The notes below the pieces were generated by a model. The model searched no databases. It saw nothing but the letters and a program-made list of their open reading frames with translations, and was not told the origin of the DNA. The translations under genes and the position numbers were made by a program. Positions 47,801 through 56,867 of a DNA stretch of 60,449 nucleotides are shown one piece after another (the first letter of the stretch is position 1; each line of letters begins with the position of its first letter). The DNA is from Bacteriovoracia bacterium (GTDB lineage: Bacteria; Bdellovibrionota; Bacteriovoracia; Bacteriovoracales; Bacteriovoracaceae). The stretch is taken from assembly GCA_046570105.1 (NCBI GenBank), contig JBKHVI010000011.1, positions 1-60,449 of the forward strand, in the 5' to 3' direction.

Positions 47801-49135
47801 CTAATACTGGTAGCGAACCTGAACAGTGGCACCCACTGCAGGAACTGACCCAGCGTTAAACTTCAACTGACGATTTTCGATTGTCCAACCATTGGCCTGA
47901 ATAACACCGTTCACACGTACTTCTACCGAAGCCAAGATTGGATCGTGAGCAAGTGGGAAAGTATCAAGAAGGTTAATGATCGATTGACCCATATCTTGCA
48001 GAACAGCTGCAAAATTATCTTTAATATCAGTTACTGTCCCAGCTGTTTGATTGGCCTGGTAAGCATAACGTTCGTATCCACAAGTGATTCCGTTACCAGT
48101 CTGACAAGGCTGAGTATTAACAATCGAATAAGCTTTCACATAACCAGCACCTGCCGCTTGCTTCGCTTGTAAATAACGGGCCAAATACTCTTCTTTAGTT
48201 TTAGCAGATTGGTCTTCTTCATCAGATACAAAAACCATCACTAAATAAGCATCTTGGCGCATCCAAGAAGTTTCATAACGATTCAAGAAATTTTCCATCG
48301 CAGCGAGACCTTTCTCATTACCTGAACCGCGAGTACCAACTTGAATTTTGTTCTTGAAATTAGAGATAAAGGCTTGCTCGTTAGCATTGGCCTGAATCGC
48401 AGTCAAACTTTCAAGTGATCCTGGAACAGCAGCACCTGCCATAGAAGGATGAGAAGTATCAGTCGTAGTGATACCCATGCGGAAATCAAAGCCACGATAG
48501 ATAAAGTCACGAATGAAAACATCGAAGTTATTGGCAAGAGAAGCTTGTTCGTCGCCCATAGAACCCGAGTTATCGACAACCCAAACGATATCAAGTTTTT
48601 TATCAGAATCTGCCACTTGGTTAAACGATTCGTCGGCCCATTGAGTGGTTTGGCCAGTTGTACCACCAGTCGATCCACCATCAGTCGATCCACCATCAGT
48701 TGATCCAACAGTTGTACCACCAGTTGTACCACCAGTTGAACCACCTACAGTTGCTCCACCATCAGTTGAACCAACAGTGCTACCGCCGGTAGAACCGCCG
48801 TCGGTTGTGCCCGCAGTTGAACCACCATCAGTTGAACCGACAGTAGAACCGCCCACAACGCCACCATCTGTACTTGATGTATCACCGCCAGTAGAACCAC
48901 CGACAGTGTCACCTGTTACGCCGCCCGCTGAGCCGCCTACAGTAGAGCCAGCTACGTCACCACCAACGGTGCTGCCAACTACTCCACCTTCAACGCCACC
49001 AGTAAGTTCGACGTCTGGTTTGAATGGATTCTCGAGGTATTCTTTCTCGTAGAATTCATCCTTATTACAACCTGCTAAAACAATACTCGAACAGAACAAA
49101 AGAACACGAAAGTTAAGCTCAAAGGTCGTCTTCAT
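47801..49135 (-). CDS. VWA-domain lipoprotein with Gly/Ser/Thr tether, CglB-like adhesin
   Basis: Lipobox LAGC; MIDAS DNSGS; VSDEED; C-terminal small beta domain. Confidence 0.8.
   Translation of the reverse strand: MKTTFELNFRVLLFCSSIVLAGCNKDEFYEKEYLENPFKPDVELTGGVEGGVVGSTVGGDVAGSTVGGSAGGVTGDTVGGSTGGDTSSTDGGVVGGSTVGSTDGGSTAGTTDGGSTGGSTVGSTDGGATVGGSTGGTTGGTTVGSTDGGSTDGGSTGGTTGQTTQWADESFNQVADSDKKLDIVWVVDNSGSMGDEQASLANNFDVFIRDFIYRGFDFRMGITTTDTSHPSMAGAAVPGSLESLTAIQANANEQAFISNFKNKIQVGTRGSGNEKGLAAMENFLNRYETSWMRQDAYLVMVFVSDEEDQSAKTKEEYLARYLQAKQAAGAGYVKAYSIVNTQPCQTGNGITCGYERYAYQANQTAGTVTDIKDNFAAVLQDMGQSIINLLDTFPLAHDPILASVEVRVNGVIQANGWTIENRQLKFNAGSVPAVGATVQVRYQY
48650..48999 (-). repeat. Low-complexity (T/S)(D/V/T)GGS repeats inside the VWA lipoprotein
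   Basis: Recurrent ccaccatcagt/ccaccagttg units encoding STDGG, STVGG and GTTGG. Confidence 0.9.
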
Positions 49136-49479
49136 GACGTACTCCTATAGAGCGCACCTAGACTTAAGGTTTATTCCTGTCACCTTCGTGACAAAACCTG
49201 TGTCTTGCGGTATTCCTCGACTTTGGGTTCAACTGACGTGCAACCTGAACGGACGTGCCACATCAAAATCGAAGGAAGATATATGGTGCGAGTGTAAGTC
49301 CACCTTCAGCTGGCCACAAGGTGGGCCTATTAATTTGTTAATATCCCCCAAAAATCCAAGAGATAGACTAGTGAGTGTCTGAATATTAAACGCTCCCCCC
49401 GTCAGTTTTTTAGACAAAATCTTGCGCATAATTTGTGGCAGCTCAGGACAAACTCTCTAAACTGACGTATTTTTCCCTC

Positions 49480-50325
49480 ATGCTTACTCCCGCATTGGTC
49501 TCCCCTGATGGAACCGCCAAATTCTTGCTGACTCTTGAGGATCAACTGACTGTTGAGTCAGTCTTGGTGCCGTTTGCTCGTCGGGATGCTGTTTGCTTAT
49601 CTTCACAGGTTGGCTGTGCCATGGCCTGTCGTTTTTGTCATACCGGTCTCATGGGTTTGAAGCGACACTTAACTGCCGATGAAATTATTGATCAGTATTT
49701 AAAAGTCAAAGCTTGGCGCCAATCGCTTGATCAAGATCGACTGCCCCCTAATATTGTATTTATGGGACAAGGTGAACCACTCCATAATTTTGAAGCGCTC
49801 AAAACAGCGATCAATTGGTTGATTGATCCGCATGGTGGAAAACTAGGCCCTCGCCAAATTACCGTTTCGACGGCAGGCTATGTGCCAGGCATTTTGCGCT
49901 TCCATGAATTAGGTGGAGTGAATTTCGCACTCTCCCTTCACTCGCCTTTTGATGAGGAACGCTCACAACTCATCCCTTTAAATAATCGCTGGCCCTTAAA
50001 AGATCTTTTCGCTGCTATTGATACTGTCCCTCTTCGTAATCGTCAGTTCATCAACTGCGAGTACTTGATGATGAAAGATGTCAACATGACTTCGGAGCAT
50101 GCTAAAGGATTAAGCGCTTTAGTGGGCGATCGCCCCGTCATAGTGAATCTGATTCCTTTTAATCCTTTCCCGGGTGCTCCTTGGCAGCGACCGAGTGAAG
50201 ACGAAATCGAGAATTTTAAACAAGAATTAGTAAAGCATCGACTCCGCGTTTTTTTACGCACAACTAAAGGCGATGAAATCATGGCAGCGTGTGGACAACT
50301 CAATACCAGCGAGGTGATGGCATGA
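49480..50325 (+). CDS. rlmN: Radical SAM RNA methyltransferase RlmN/Cfr family (short form)
   Basis: CLSSQVGCAMACRFC, MGQGEP, SLH, VNLIPFN, AACGQL. Confidence 0.85.
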   Translation: MLTPALVSPDGTAKFLLTLEDQLTVESVLVPFARRDAVCLSSQVGCAMACRFCHTGLMGLKRHLTADEIIDQYLKVKAWRQSLDQDRLPPNIVFMGQGEPLHNFEALKTAINWLIDPHGGKLGPRQITVSTAGYVPGILRFHELGGVNFALSLHSPFDEERSQLIPLNNRWPLKDLFAAIDTVPLRNRQFINCEYLMMKDVNMTSEHAKGLSALVGDRPVIVNLIPFNPFPGAPWQRPSEDEIENFKQELVKHRLRVFLRTTKGDEIMAACGQLNTSEVMA

Positions 50326-51101
50326 AAGATCGTTTTCACGGCATCGGCCGCTCTTATGGGATGGCGGCACTTCCTGTGCTCGCACAATCGCGTGTGATGG
50401 TGATCGGTATTGGTGGCGTGGGTTCATGGGCCGCCGAAGCCCTTGCCCGCTCTGGAATTGGTCACATCATGCTCGTCGATCTAGATGATATCTGTGTCTC
50501 CAACATCAATCGTCAGATTCATGCTCTCGACAGTACCGTTGGGCAAATGAAAGTCGAAGCCACCGCCAAGCGTTTACGTGATATTAATCCTGAACTTGAG
50601 GTTGATGTAGAACTTTCATTTTTGAGTAAAAAAAATATCGATCGACTACTCGAATGGAACCCCCACGCCATCGTCGATTGCACTGATGATGTAGAAAATA
50701 AATGTCTCCTCGCAGTCACTTGTCGTGCGCAAGAGCGCCTATTAGTGACTGTGGGTGCTTCCGGTGGCCGTCGAGATCCAAGTAAGATCACCATGAGTGA
50801 TCTCAGCACCACTCGCAATGATCGTCTACTCTATCGCATTCGTAAAATTTTGCGCCAAGACTTTGGCTTTCCAGGAGAAAATCTGGGTGAATTTGGTATC
50901 CCTTGCATCTACTCTAACGAGCGCCCCGTTTACCCTACTGCTGATGGCTGCCTCTCTCACGAGCCACAAGACCCTGGAAAAGGCCTCGATTGCGCAACTG
51001 GTTATGGCTCAGTTTCTTTTGTGACGGGGACTTTTGGTTTCCATGTTGCTGCTGTAACGATTAAGCTTTTACTTAAAAAAGCCCAAGTGCCTTGGGTTTA
51101 A
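50322..51101 (+). CDS. tcdA: tRNA threonylcarbamoyladenosine dehydratase (ThiF/E1-like)
   Basis: GIGGVGSWAAEALARSG, SNINRQ, DCATGYGS..FVTGTFG; ATGA overlap with rlmN. Confidence 0.9.
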   Translation: MKDRFHGIGRSYGMAALPVLAQSRVMVIGIGGVGSWAAEALARSGIGHIMLVDLDDICVSNINRQIHALDSTVGQMKVEATAKRLRDINPELEVDVELSFLSKKNIDRLLEWNPHAIVDCTDDVENKCLLAVTCRAQERLLVTVGASGGRRDPSKITMSDLSTTRNDRLLYRIRKILRQDFGFPGENLGEFGIPCIYSNERPVYPTADGCLSHEPQDPGKGLDCATGYGSVSFVTGTFGFHVAAVTIKLLLKKAQVPWV

Positions 51102-51110
51102 GGGGCCACC

Positions 51111-51521
51111 ATGAATCTATTTGCCACCACACAATCTTCTCTAAGTCTACTCTTTGCTGCCATCCTCACCTTCATTTATCTTGCGCAAAGCTTTTATGTT
51201 GTCCTTCAACGTTTCAAAGCAAACACTTCTCTTGGGTCGAACTCTGATGCCTATCATCCACTCTCACGCGCCATACGCGTTCACGGCAACTTCATTGAAT
51301 ACACACCCATTTTCCTGATTATATTTTTCCTCGCAGAAAATAATGAACTCAGCGCGACTTATCTTAAAATTCTTGGCTGGTCTTTTGTGGTGGGTCGTCT
51401 GGCCCATTGGTTTGGTCTCATTCAAAAAAACTCGGTTAATCCCTTCCGCCAAGTTGGAATGGTGTTAACCTTCACCCCACTTGCGCTCTTGGCCGGCTGG
51501 GCCTTGGTTAAATGTTTATGA
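51111..51521 (+). CDS. MAPEG family membrane protein
   Basis: AIRVHGNFIEYTP and GRLAH motifs. Confidence 0.9.
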   Translation: MNLFATTQSSLSLLFAAILTFIYLAQSFYVVLQRFKANTSLGSNSDAYHPLSRAIRVHGNFIEYTPIFLIIFFLAENNELSATYLKILGWSFVVGRLAHWFGLIQKNSVNPFRQVGMVLTFTPLALLAGWALVKCL

Positions 51522-51868
51522 TGACGTTTGTAAAAAACATCGGAAAATTTCTTAAAGATGTTTCTGAAGATAAACGTATTCCTGAACGTGACAAGGCCGT
51601 CATCGTTGCCCTCTTGGTCCTCATTGTTTCGCCCATCGACCTTATCCCTGATTGGATTCCTGTGCTCGGTCAATTAGATGACTTTGTGATGTTGGCGATT
51701 ATTTTAGATTATTTTTTTCGGGTGCTAGATGGTGAAATTCTTCTTTCACACTGGCCCTGGGGTATGAAATCTTTTGTGTGGCTTAGACGATTCGCGAAGA
51801 GCATCAGTTGGTTTGCGCCAGACTTTTTAAAAAAGAAAATCTGGAAGTATGTCGGTGCGCCCTACTAG
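51518..51868 (+). CDS. DUF1232/YkvA family membrane protein
   Basis: SPIDLIPDWIPVLGQLDD. Confidence 0.9.
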   Translation: MMTFVKNIGKFLKDVSEDKRIPERDKAVIVALLVLIVSPIDLIPDWIPVLGQLDDFVMLAIILDYFFRVLDGEILLSHWPWGMKSFVWLRRFAKSISWFAPDFLKKKIWKYVGAPY

Positions 51869-53076
51869 ATAGGAAGCCTGATTTCAAAAGTCGTAGGATT
51901 ATTCTGCACAAATTGAATACCGCCTCCGTGGGCCATAAAAATTCCACGTGCCACTGACAGACCTAATCCCTGACCTTGACCCACATCTTTGGTGGTGAAA
52001 AATGGCTGAAAAATATTTTTCACATCTGTTTCCGTCATTCCATTACCAGAATCTTGAATACGTATAACCCAATTCTTTAATTCCACACTACAGGTTATAC
52101 GCACCCATTTTTCAGTCACTTTCTGGGCCGCCTGAATAGCATTCATCACAATATGCTCAATTCCATGCACCAATTGCACGTGCTCACCTTGTAAGCTTCC
52201 TTCGATACTTGCAGGCCACTGTATTTTCACATTTTCATAATGACCTAAAGTACGCGCTTCGATGGTGAGTTTTACGTCTTCTAGCACATCACTCAGTTTA
52301 AGCGCTTCAGTATTCGGCAGAGTTCTGGTTTGAGAAAACCGACGGACATCTTCTACTACCGAAGCGACACGCTTCACCACTTGTTGTAATCGCCCAATTT
52401 CTCGCTCTGTACTTTCTTTCAGCGAATTTTTATGTTCCATGACTTGTAAATAACCGGTCATGATCGCCAAGGGATTATTTAATTCATGAGCGAGGCCTTG
52501 AGAAAATTGCCCAAGCGCTTTGATACGATCGTCTTTATCAGAAGTGGACTCATCAAATTTCAAAACGAGATTTTGTAAACCAAGATTGGTTTTGCGAATT
52601 TCAAATTGATTGACTACTAATCGCGCTAAGGCCATCAGGCCTTGACGTTGTTTTTCTGTTAAAGCTCGTGGTTGATGATCGAGCACGCAAATCGTTCCTA
52701 GCGGGAGTCCCTCAGGGGAGGATAGCACCGCACCTGCATAGAAGCGTACACCATCTACCGGAACCACAAATGGACTGTCCTTAAAACGATCATCCAAACG
52801 CAAATCAGGAATTTCGAGCATGTCTTTTTCTAAAATTGTTTGACTACAAAATGCGCTTTCCCGACTTCCCTGAGGAATTTCCAATTGATACTGAGCTTTG
52901 GGCCAGTATCTTTCAAGGTCAATGAGATTGATAAGTGCGGAAGGCGCTTCACATATGAGCGAAGCTAATAGGGCAAGATCATCGAACACTTTCTCAGGCA
53001 AGGTATCGAGGAGCTGATAGGCCTTAAGGGCCTCTAGGCGCTCTTTCTCGCGAGGATGATGTAATGAATTCTTCAT
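51865..53076 (-). CDS. GAF-domain sensor histidine kinase
   Basis: ERLEALKAYQLLDT GAF; AHELNNPL; DSGNG; FFTTKDVGQGQGLGLS. Confidence 0.93.
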   Translation of the reverse strand: MKNSLHHPREKERLEALKAYQLLDTLPEKVFDDLALLASLICEAPSALINLIDLERYWPKAQYQLEIPQGSRESAFCSQTILEKDMLEIPDLRLDDRFKDSPFVVPVDGVRFYAGAVLSSPEGLPLGTICVLDHQPRALTEKQRQGLMALARLVVNQFEIRKTNLGLQNLVLKFDESTSDKDDRIKALGQFSQGLAHELNNPLAIMTGYLQVMEHKNSLKESTEREIGRLQQVVKRVASVVEDVRRFSQTRTLPNTEALKLSDVLEDVKLTIEARTLGHYENVKIQWPASIEGSLQGEHVQLVHGIEHIVMNAIQAAQKVTEKWVRITCSVELKNWVIRIQDSGNGMTETDVKNIFQPFFTTKDVGQGQGLGLSVARGIFMAHGGGIQFVQNNPTTFEIRLPI

Positions 53077-53107
53077 AGCTCATTATGGAATGGTTTTGAC
53101 TGGGAAC

Positions 53108-53746
53108 CTACAAAAAGAAGTCTGATGTTTGTCGTTTTTTAGACAAGAAATCTTGAACAAACAGCTTATGAAAGGATTTAAATTCGGAAATTCTTGAGCC
53201 TAGCAAATTGTTAAGAGCAATCGAATATTCTTCTTCAACTGTAGAGAGACCGCGCGTAATTTTCGCTTGCATCTCTTGCCACTCTTCTTGGTCTTTCAAT
53301 TGATCGGCCTTACGAATCAATTCCGTTTCATCTAGATCTGGGAAAAACTCGTTTCTGCATTTCAGGCGCCATAAAATTATTTTTGAACGTTTACCCACCC
53401 ACAAAGAAGCATACTGATTAAAGCGCTCCTCTCCCGGATAAACTCGATCGAACCAAGCTCGAGCAAAACTTAACCATTCATCATTCAACTTCGACCAATC
53501 TGTTGGCGAAGTCTTTTGCTCTTTCATTGAAGCTAAAAAATTATTCACTCGCTCTTCAACTGCCACCGTCATACCGGATGTCGGCATGATCACTCCGGCG
53601 TGCGCATGAGTGGTTTGAATTTCATCGGTAAAAGTGAGACGTTCGGCCGGTCGCTTAAAAGACTGTGGTCCTTTCGCAACTACGGCGAGCACCATAATAA
53701 AGGCAGCTATCGTCAGCCAAAATCTTAGTCCTAAGCGTTGCCACAT
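53108..53746 (-). CDS. Membrane-anchored hypothetical protein
   Basis: N-terminal TM; helical body. Confidence 0.65.
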   Translation of the reverse strand: MWQRLGLRFWLTIAAFIMVLAVVAKGPQSFKRPAERLTFTDEIQTTHAHAGVIMPTSGMTVAVEERVNNFLASMKEQKTSPTDWSKLNDEWLSFARAWFDRVYPGEERFNQYASLWVGKRSKIILWRLKCRNEFFPDLDETELIRKADQLKDQEEWQEMQAKITRGLSTVEEEYSIALNNLLGSRISEFKSFHKLFVQDFLSKKRQTSDFFL

Positions 53747-53834
53747 AAGAAAATTGTCGACTGATGCTTAAAGCTTGGCAAGCTTTTGCTACTTGGTAGT
53801 AGTGCGTTCCACTCGGTTTTGTTATGATCGGGGC

Positions 53835-55061
53835 ATGTTAATTGATATGAGTCCGCTTAAAACCTATCCGCAATACCGTAAGGTCTTTTTTGGCCAGCTG
53901 GTTTCGTTTTTTGGCAGCCAAATCACCTATGTGGCGCTTCCCTGGCAGCTCTATCAACTGACCCATTCAACTTTTCAAGTAGGACTTCTGGGTTTGGCCC
54001 AACTGATCCCTCTTTTAGGAGTGGGGCTCATTGGTGGGGCGATTGCCGATCGGTTTGAGCGTCGCTGGATTTGTTTTTACTCAGAATTGCTTTTAGCACT
54101 TTGTAACGTGGCCCTGGTGTTGCTGACCCTTTCACAAAAAATTACGCCGACATGGATCTATCTTATTGGTGCTCTGATGGCGGGACTTAATTCACTCCAT
54201 CGACCTGCTTTCAGTGCTCTCGTACCCCAGCTGGTGAAACGAGAAGACATGGCACGAGTCAGTCCGCTTAATTCTTTCCCAACGACATTTGGCATGATCG
54301 CAGGTCCTGCTGTCGGAGGACTATTGCTCGCCAGCGTGGGAATCAAGTGGACCTATGTCATCGATGGTCTGACTTACGTTTTTGCTATGGCGATGATGCT
54401 GTGGTTGCCTAAAATCGACGTTCCTGGAAAAGGAGTAGCGCGAGTTAATTTTATCGCCGTCAAAGAAGGTCTTCAATACGCTCTATCTCGTCGTGATCTC
54501 TTAGGCACGTATTTAGTCGATATGCTGGCGATGAGTTTTGCTTTTCCAAACCCGCTCTTTCCCCTCTTGGCCGCGCAAATTGCGGGGGCCGATAAAATTG
54601 GCTGGTACTACTCATCAATTGCTATCGGCGCCATGCTGGCAACACTCACAAGTGGCTGGACACTTAATCGCATCCGCCATGGGAAAATGATTACTCTGGC
54701 CGCTGCCGGCTGGGGCATCGGGATTTTCTTTTTTGGATTAACAAGTCAGAGTTTTTTACCCTCATTATGCTTTCTGATTTTTGCTGGCTGGAGTGACATG
54801 GTCAGCGGAATTTTTCGCGGCACTGTGTGGAATCAAACGATACCGGCCGATCGTCGTGGAAGATTAGCGAGTGTAGAAATGCTCAGCTACGCATCGGGCC
54901 CGCTCATTGGAAATTCATTCATGGGATTTATGGCCGATGCCTGGGGAGCAAGTACCGCCCTCATGGTGGGAGGAACTCTCGCAGCGGCAAGTTGCATGAT
55001 GCTCGGACGAGCACTGCCACCTTTTTGGAGATACGAGGCCAAACATGGAACAGTGGTTTAA
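53835..55061 (+). CDS. MFS transporter (EntS/MFS_3-like)
   Basis: GQLVSFFGSQIT, GGAIADRFERR, RRGRLAS; about 12 TMs. Confidence 0.9.
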   Translation: MLIDMSPLKTYPQYRKVFFGQLVSFFGSQITYVALPWQLYQLTHSTFQVGLLGLAQLIPLLGVGLIGGAIADRFERRWICFYSELLLALCNVALVLLTLSQKITPTWIYLIGALMAGLNSLHRPAFSALVPQLVKREDMARVSPLNSFPTTFGMIAGPAVGGLLLASVGIKWTYVIDGLTYVFAMAMMLWLPKIDVPGKGVARVNFIAVKEGLQYALSRRDLLGTYLVDMLAMSFAFPNPLFPLLAAQIAGADKIGWYYSSIAIGAMLATLTSGWTLNRIRHGKMITLAAAGWGIGIFFFGLTSQSFLPSLCFLIFAGWSDMVSGIFRGTVWNQTIPADRRGRLASVEMLSYASGPLIGNSFMGFMADAWGASTALMVGGTLAAASCMMLGRALPPFWRYEAKHGTVV

Positions 55062-55563
55062 AGATACGATCCTCAAACTCAAACTTTGTCCCTTTGCTCA
55101 GAAACCATGGGATGAAGGACGCATTAAACTCGTAGATAGTTCTGCTCAATCGTTATTTGAAGCTCAACAAAGTTTTCTCGACGAGCTTGATACTCTCCAC
55201 ACCACACCTCCTAAAACACTCTCCACTACCTTGATCGGTTTTCCAGATTGGGTCATAAACTTTGAAGATTTTTTGGATTTCACTCAGAGCATGGAAGAAC
55301 TTCTCGAAGAGGCCGATGCTTCTGAGCATTTTCAATTAGTCTGTTTTCATCCTGACTTTCAAATGAGTGGAGAACCGTCTGAGAGCATGGCCCATTGGCC
55401 CAATAGCTCCCCTTATCCTGTCTTGCATATTCTTCGTACAATTGAAGTGGCCCAAGTTCGTATGCCTGATCTTGGAATTGAAATTAGTCGAGCGAATGAA
55501 AAAATGCTGGCGAGTTTAAGTGAGTCCGAAAAGCGTCGCCATTATCCTTGGAAATTTTTATAG
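55045..55563 (+). CDS. DUF1415 family protein
   Basis: LKLCPFA, QLVCFHPDF and NSSPYPVLHILR motifs. Confidence 0.88.
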   Translation: MEQWFKDTILKLKLCPFAQKPWDEGRIKLVDSSAQSLFEAQQSFLDELDTLHTTPPKTLSTTLIGFPDWVINFEDFLDFTQSMEELLEEADASEHFQLVCFHPDFQMSGEPSESMAHWPNSSPYPVLHILRTIEVAQVRMPDLGIEISRANEKMLASLSESEKRRHYPWKFL

Positions 55564-55908
55564 CTCATCATACTTACGTGCGTGCCCTTTGGATTTATCC
55601 ACGGGATATTTGGCAGCATTGAGTGCCATTTTATGTTCAATCGCCTGAGCAAGATCGATTTTTAAAAGATCACACAGCCGTAAAAGATAAACGGCCACAT
55701 CAGCGACTTCCTGACGAACGCTCTCCCCTTTAGGAGTTTGCATTATCTGAGCAGCTTCCTCATTCTCTAGCCACTGAAACAATTCCATTAATTCAGCTGA
55801 CTCTACCGTCAACGCCATTGTTATGTTTTTAGGAGTATGAAAGCGCTCCCACTCACGCTCTTTGGCAAACTGACGAATTTTCTCTTGAAAGTGATTAACA
55901 TCTAGCAT
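55558..55908 (-). CDS. MazG-like nucleotide pyrophosphohydrolase
   Basis: REWERFHTPKN, ESAELMELFQW, EVADV, NAAKYP. Confidence 0.92.
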   Translation of the reverse strand: MLDVNHFQEKIRQFAKEREWERFHTPKNITMALTVESAELMELFQWLENEEAAQIMQTPKGESVRQEVADVAVYLLRLCDLLKIDLAQAIEHKMALNAAKYPVDKSKGHARKYDEL

Positions 55909-55962
55909 GAGGTTCCTTTTTCCTTAGTTTACCTAACGCTTATCAGTGTTAAAATAAGGAGA

Positions 55963-56361
55963 ATGCATGAAAACGACGTAATTCTCTTTTTTGATGGTGT
56001 TTGTGGACTCTGTAACGGGCTCGTGGACTGGCTTTTGCCACGCGACTCCCGTCAAAGACTCAAATTCTCTACCCTGCAAGGCCTGACTGCCAAAAAACTC
56101 TTAACCGACGAATACACTCAAGACCTCGATACCGTCGTCTTGTGGGCCCGTGGAAAAATTCTGACTCGCTCTGATGCCATCCTCTACTGTTTAGGAGAAG
56201 TCGGTGGCGTTTGGGCCTTGTGCAAAATTTTTTATATCGTTCCTGCTTTCATTCGAGATGCCATTTATCGATTGGTGGCCAAGAATCGCTATCGGTTTTT
56301 TGGTCAGCTAAGTACCTGCCGGATGCCCTTACCTGGTGAACGCCTAAGATTCTTAGATTAA
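55963..56361 (+). CDS. DCC1-like thiol-disulfide oxidoreductase (DUF393)
   Basis: FDGVCGLCN and RDAIYRLVAKNRYRFFG motifs. Confidence 0.92.
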   Translation: MHENDVILFFDGVCGLCNGLVDWLLPRDSRQRLKFSTLQGLTAKKLLTDEYTQDLDTVVLWARGKILTRSDAILYCLGEVGGVWALCKIFYIVPAFIRDAIYRLVAKNRYRFFGQLSTCRMPLPGERLRFLD

Positions 56362-56384
56362 ATATATTATTGTTGGAGATTATT

Positions 56385-56855
56385 ATGAAATTCATCGCAC
56401 TGATTGTCTTCTTGAGCTCATTTGCTCTTCATGCTGGCACAGTACAGGTCGCCGTGACTCTAAGTCCTGCAGGAGACTTTAAAGCAGTCTCTAGTAAGGC
56501 ACGCGGCTTTATCGAGAAAAATGGAGCCAACTACTCTGCAACCGGACTTTCAGTTGAAGTCGGCACGATGAAAACAGGTCTCGAATTACGTGACAAACAT
56601 TTTTATGAACGCTTAGGTGGTGCTACTGCAAAAATTGTTATCGTAAAAGCTGTTGGAACAGGTGGCAAAGGCCAAGGTCAAATTACGGTAAACAAAATCA
56701 CCAAACCTTTTGCATTCGTTTTCAAAGAAACAGATGGTCAGGTCCAAGCGAAATTTGCTCTTAAGGCCTCTGACTTTGGCATTAAAGATGTGAAGTACTT
56801 AGGCATTGGCGTTGAAGACAAGATTATCGTCAGCGCCACTATGCCTGTTCGCTAA
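56385..56855 (+). CDS. YceI family protein
   Basis: Signal peptide; KTGLELRDKH; SDFGI. Confidence 0.85.
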   Translation: MKFIALIVFLSSFALHAGTVQVAVTLSPAGDFKAVSSKARGFIEKNGANYSATGLSVEVGTMKTGLELRDKHFYERLGGATAKIVIVKAVGTGGKGQGQITVNKITKPFAFVFKETDGQVQAKFALKASDFGIKDVKYLGIGVEDKIIVSATMPVR

Positions 56856-56867
56856 CAAACTGCCCCC

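Noticed and set aside
48645..49052. 135-aa Pro/Val-rich plus-strand ORF
   Set aside because: Antisense by-product of the Gly/Thr/Ser repeat codons in the VWA lipoprotein
49246..49260. Sigma54 promoter for the gliding operon (minus strand TGGCAC-N5-TTCA)
   Set aside because: The essential -12 GC is missing at the correct spacing
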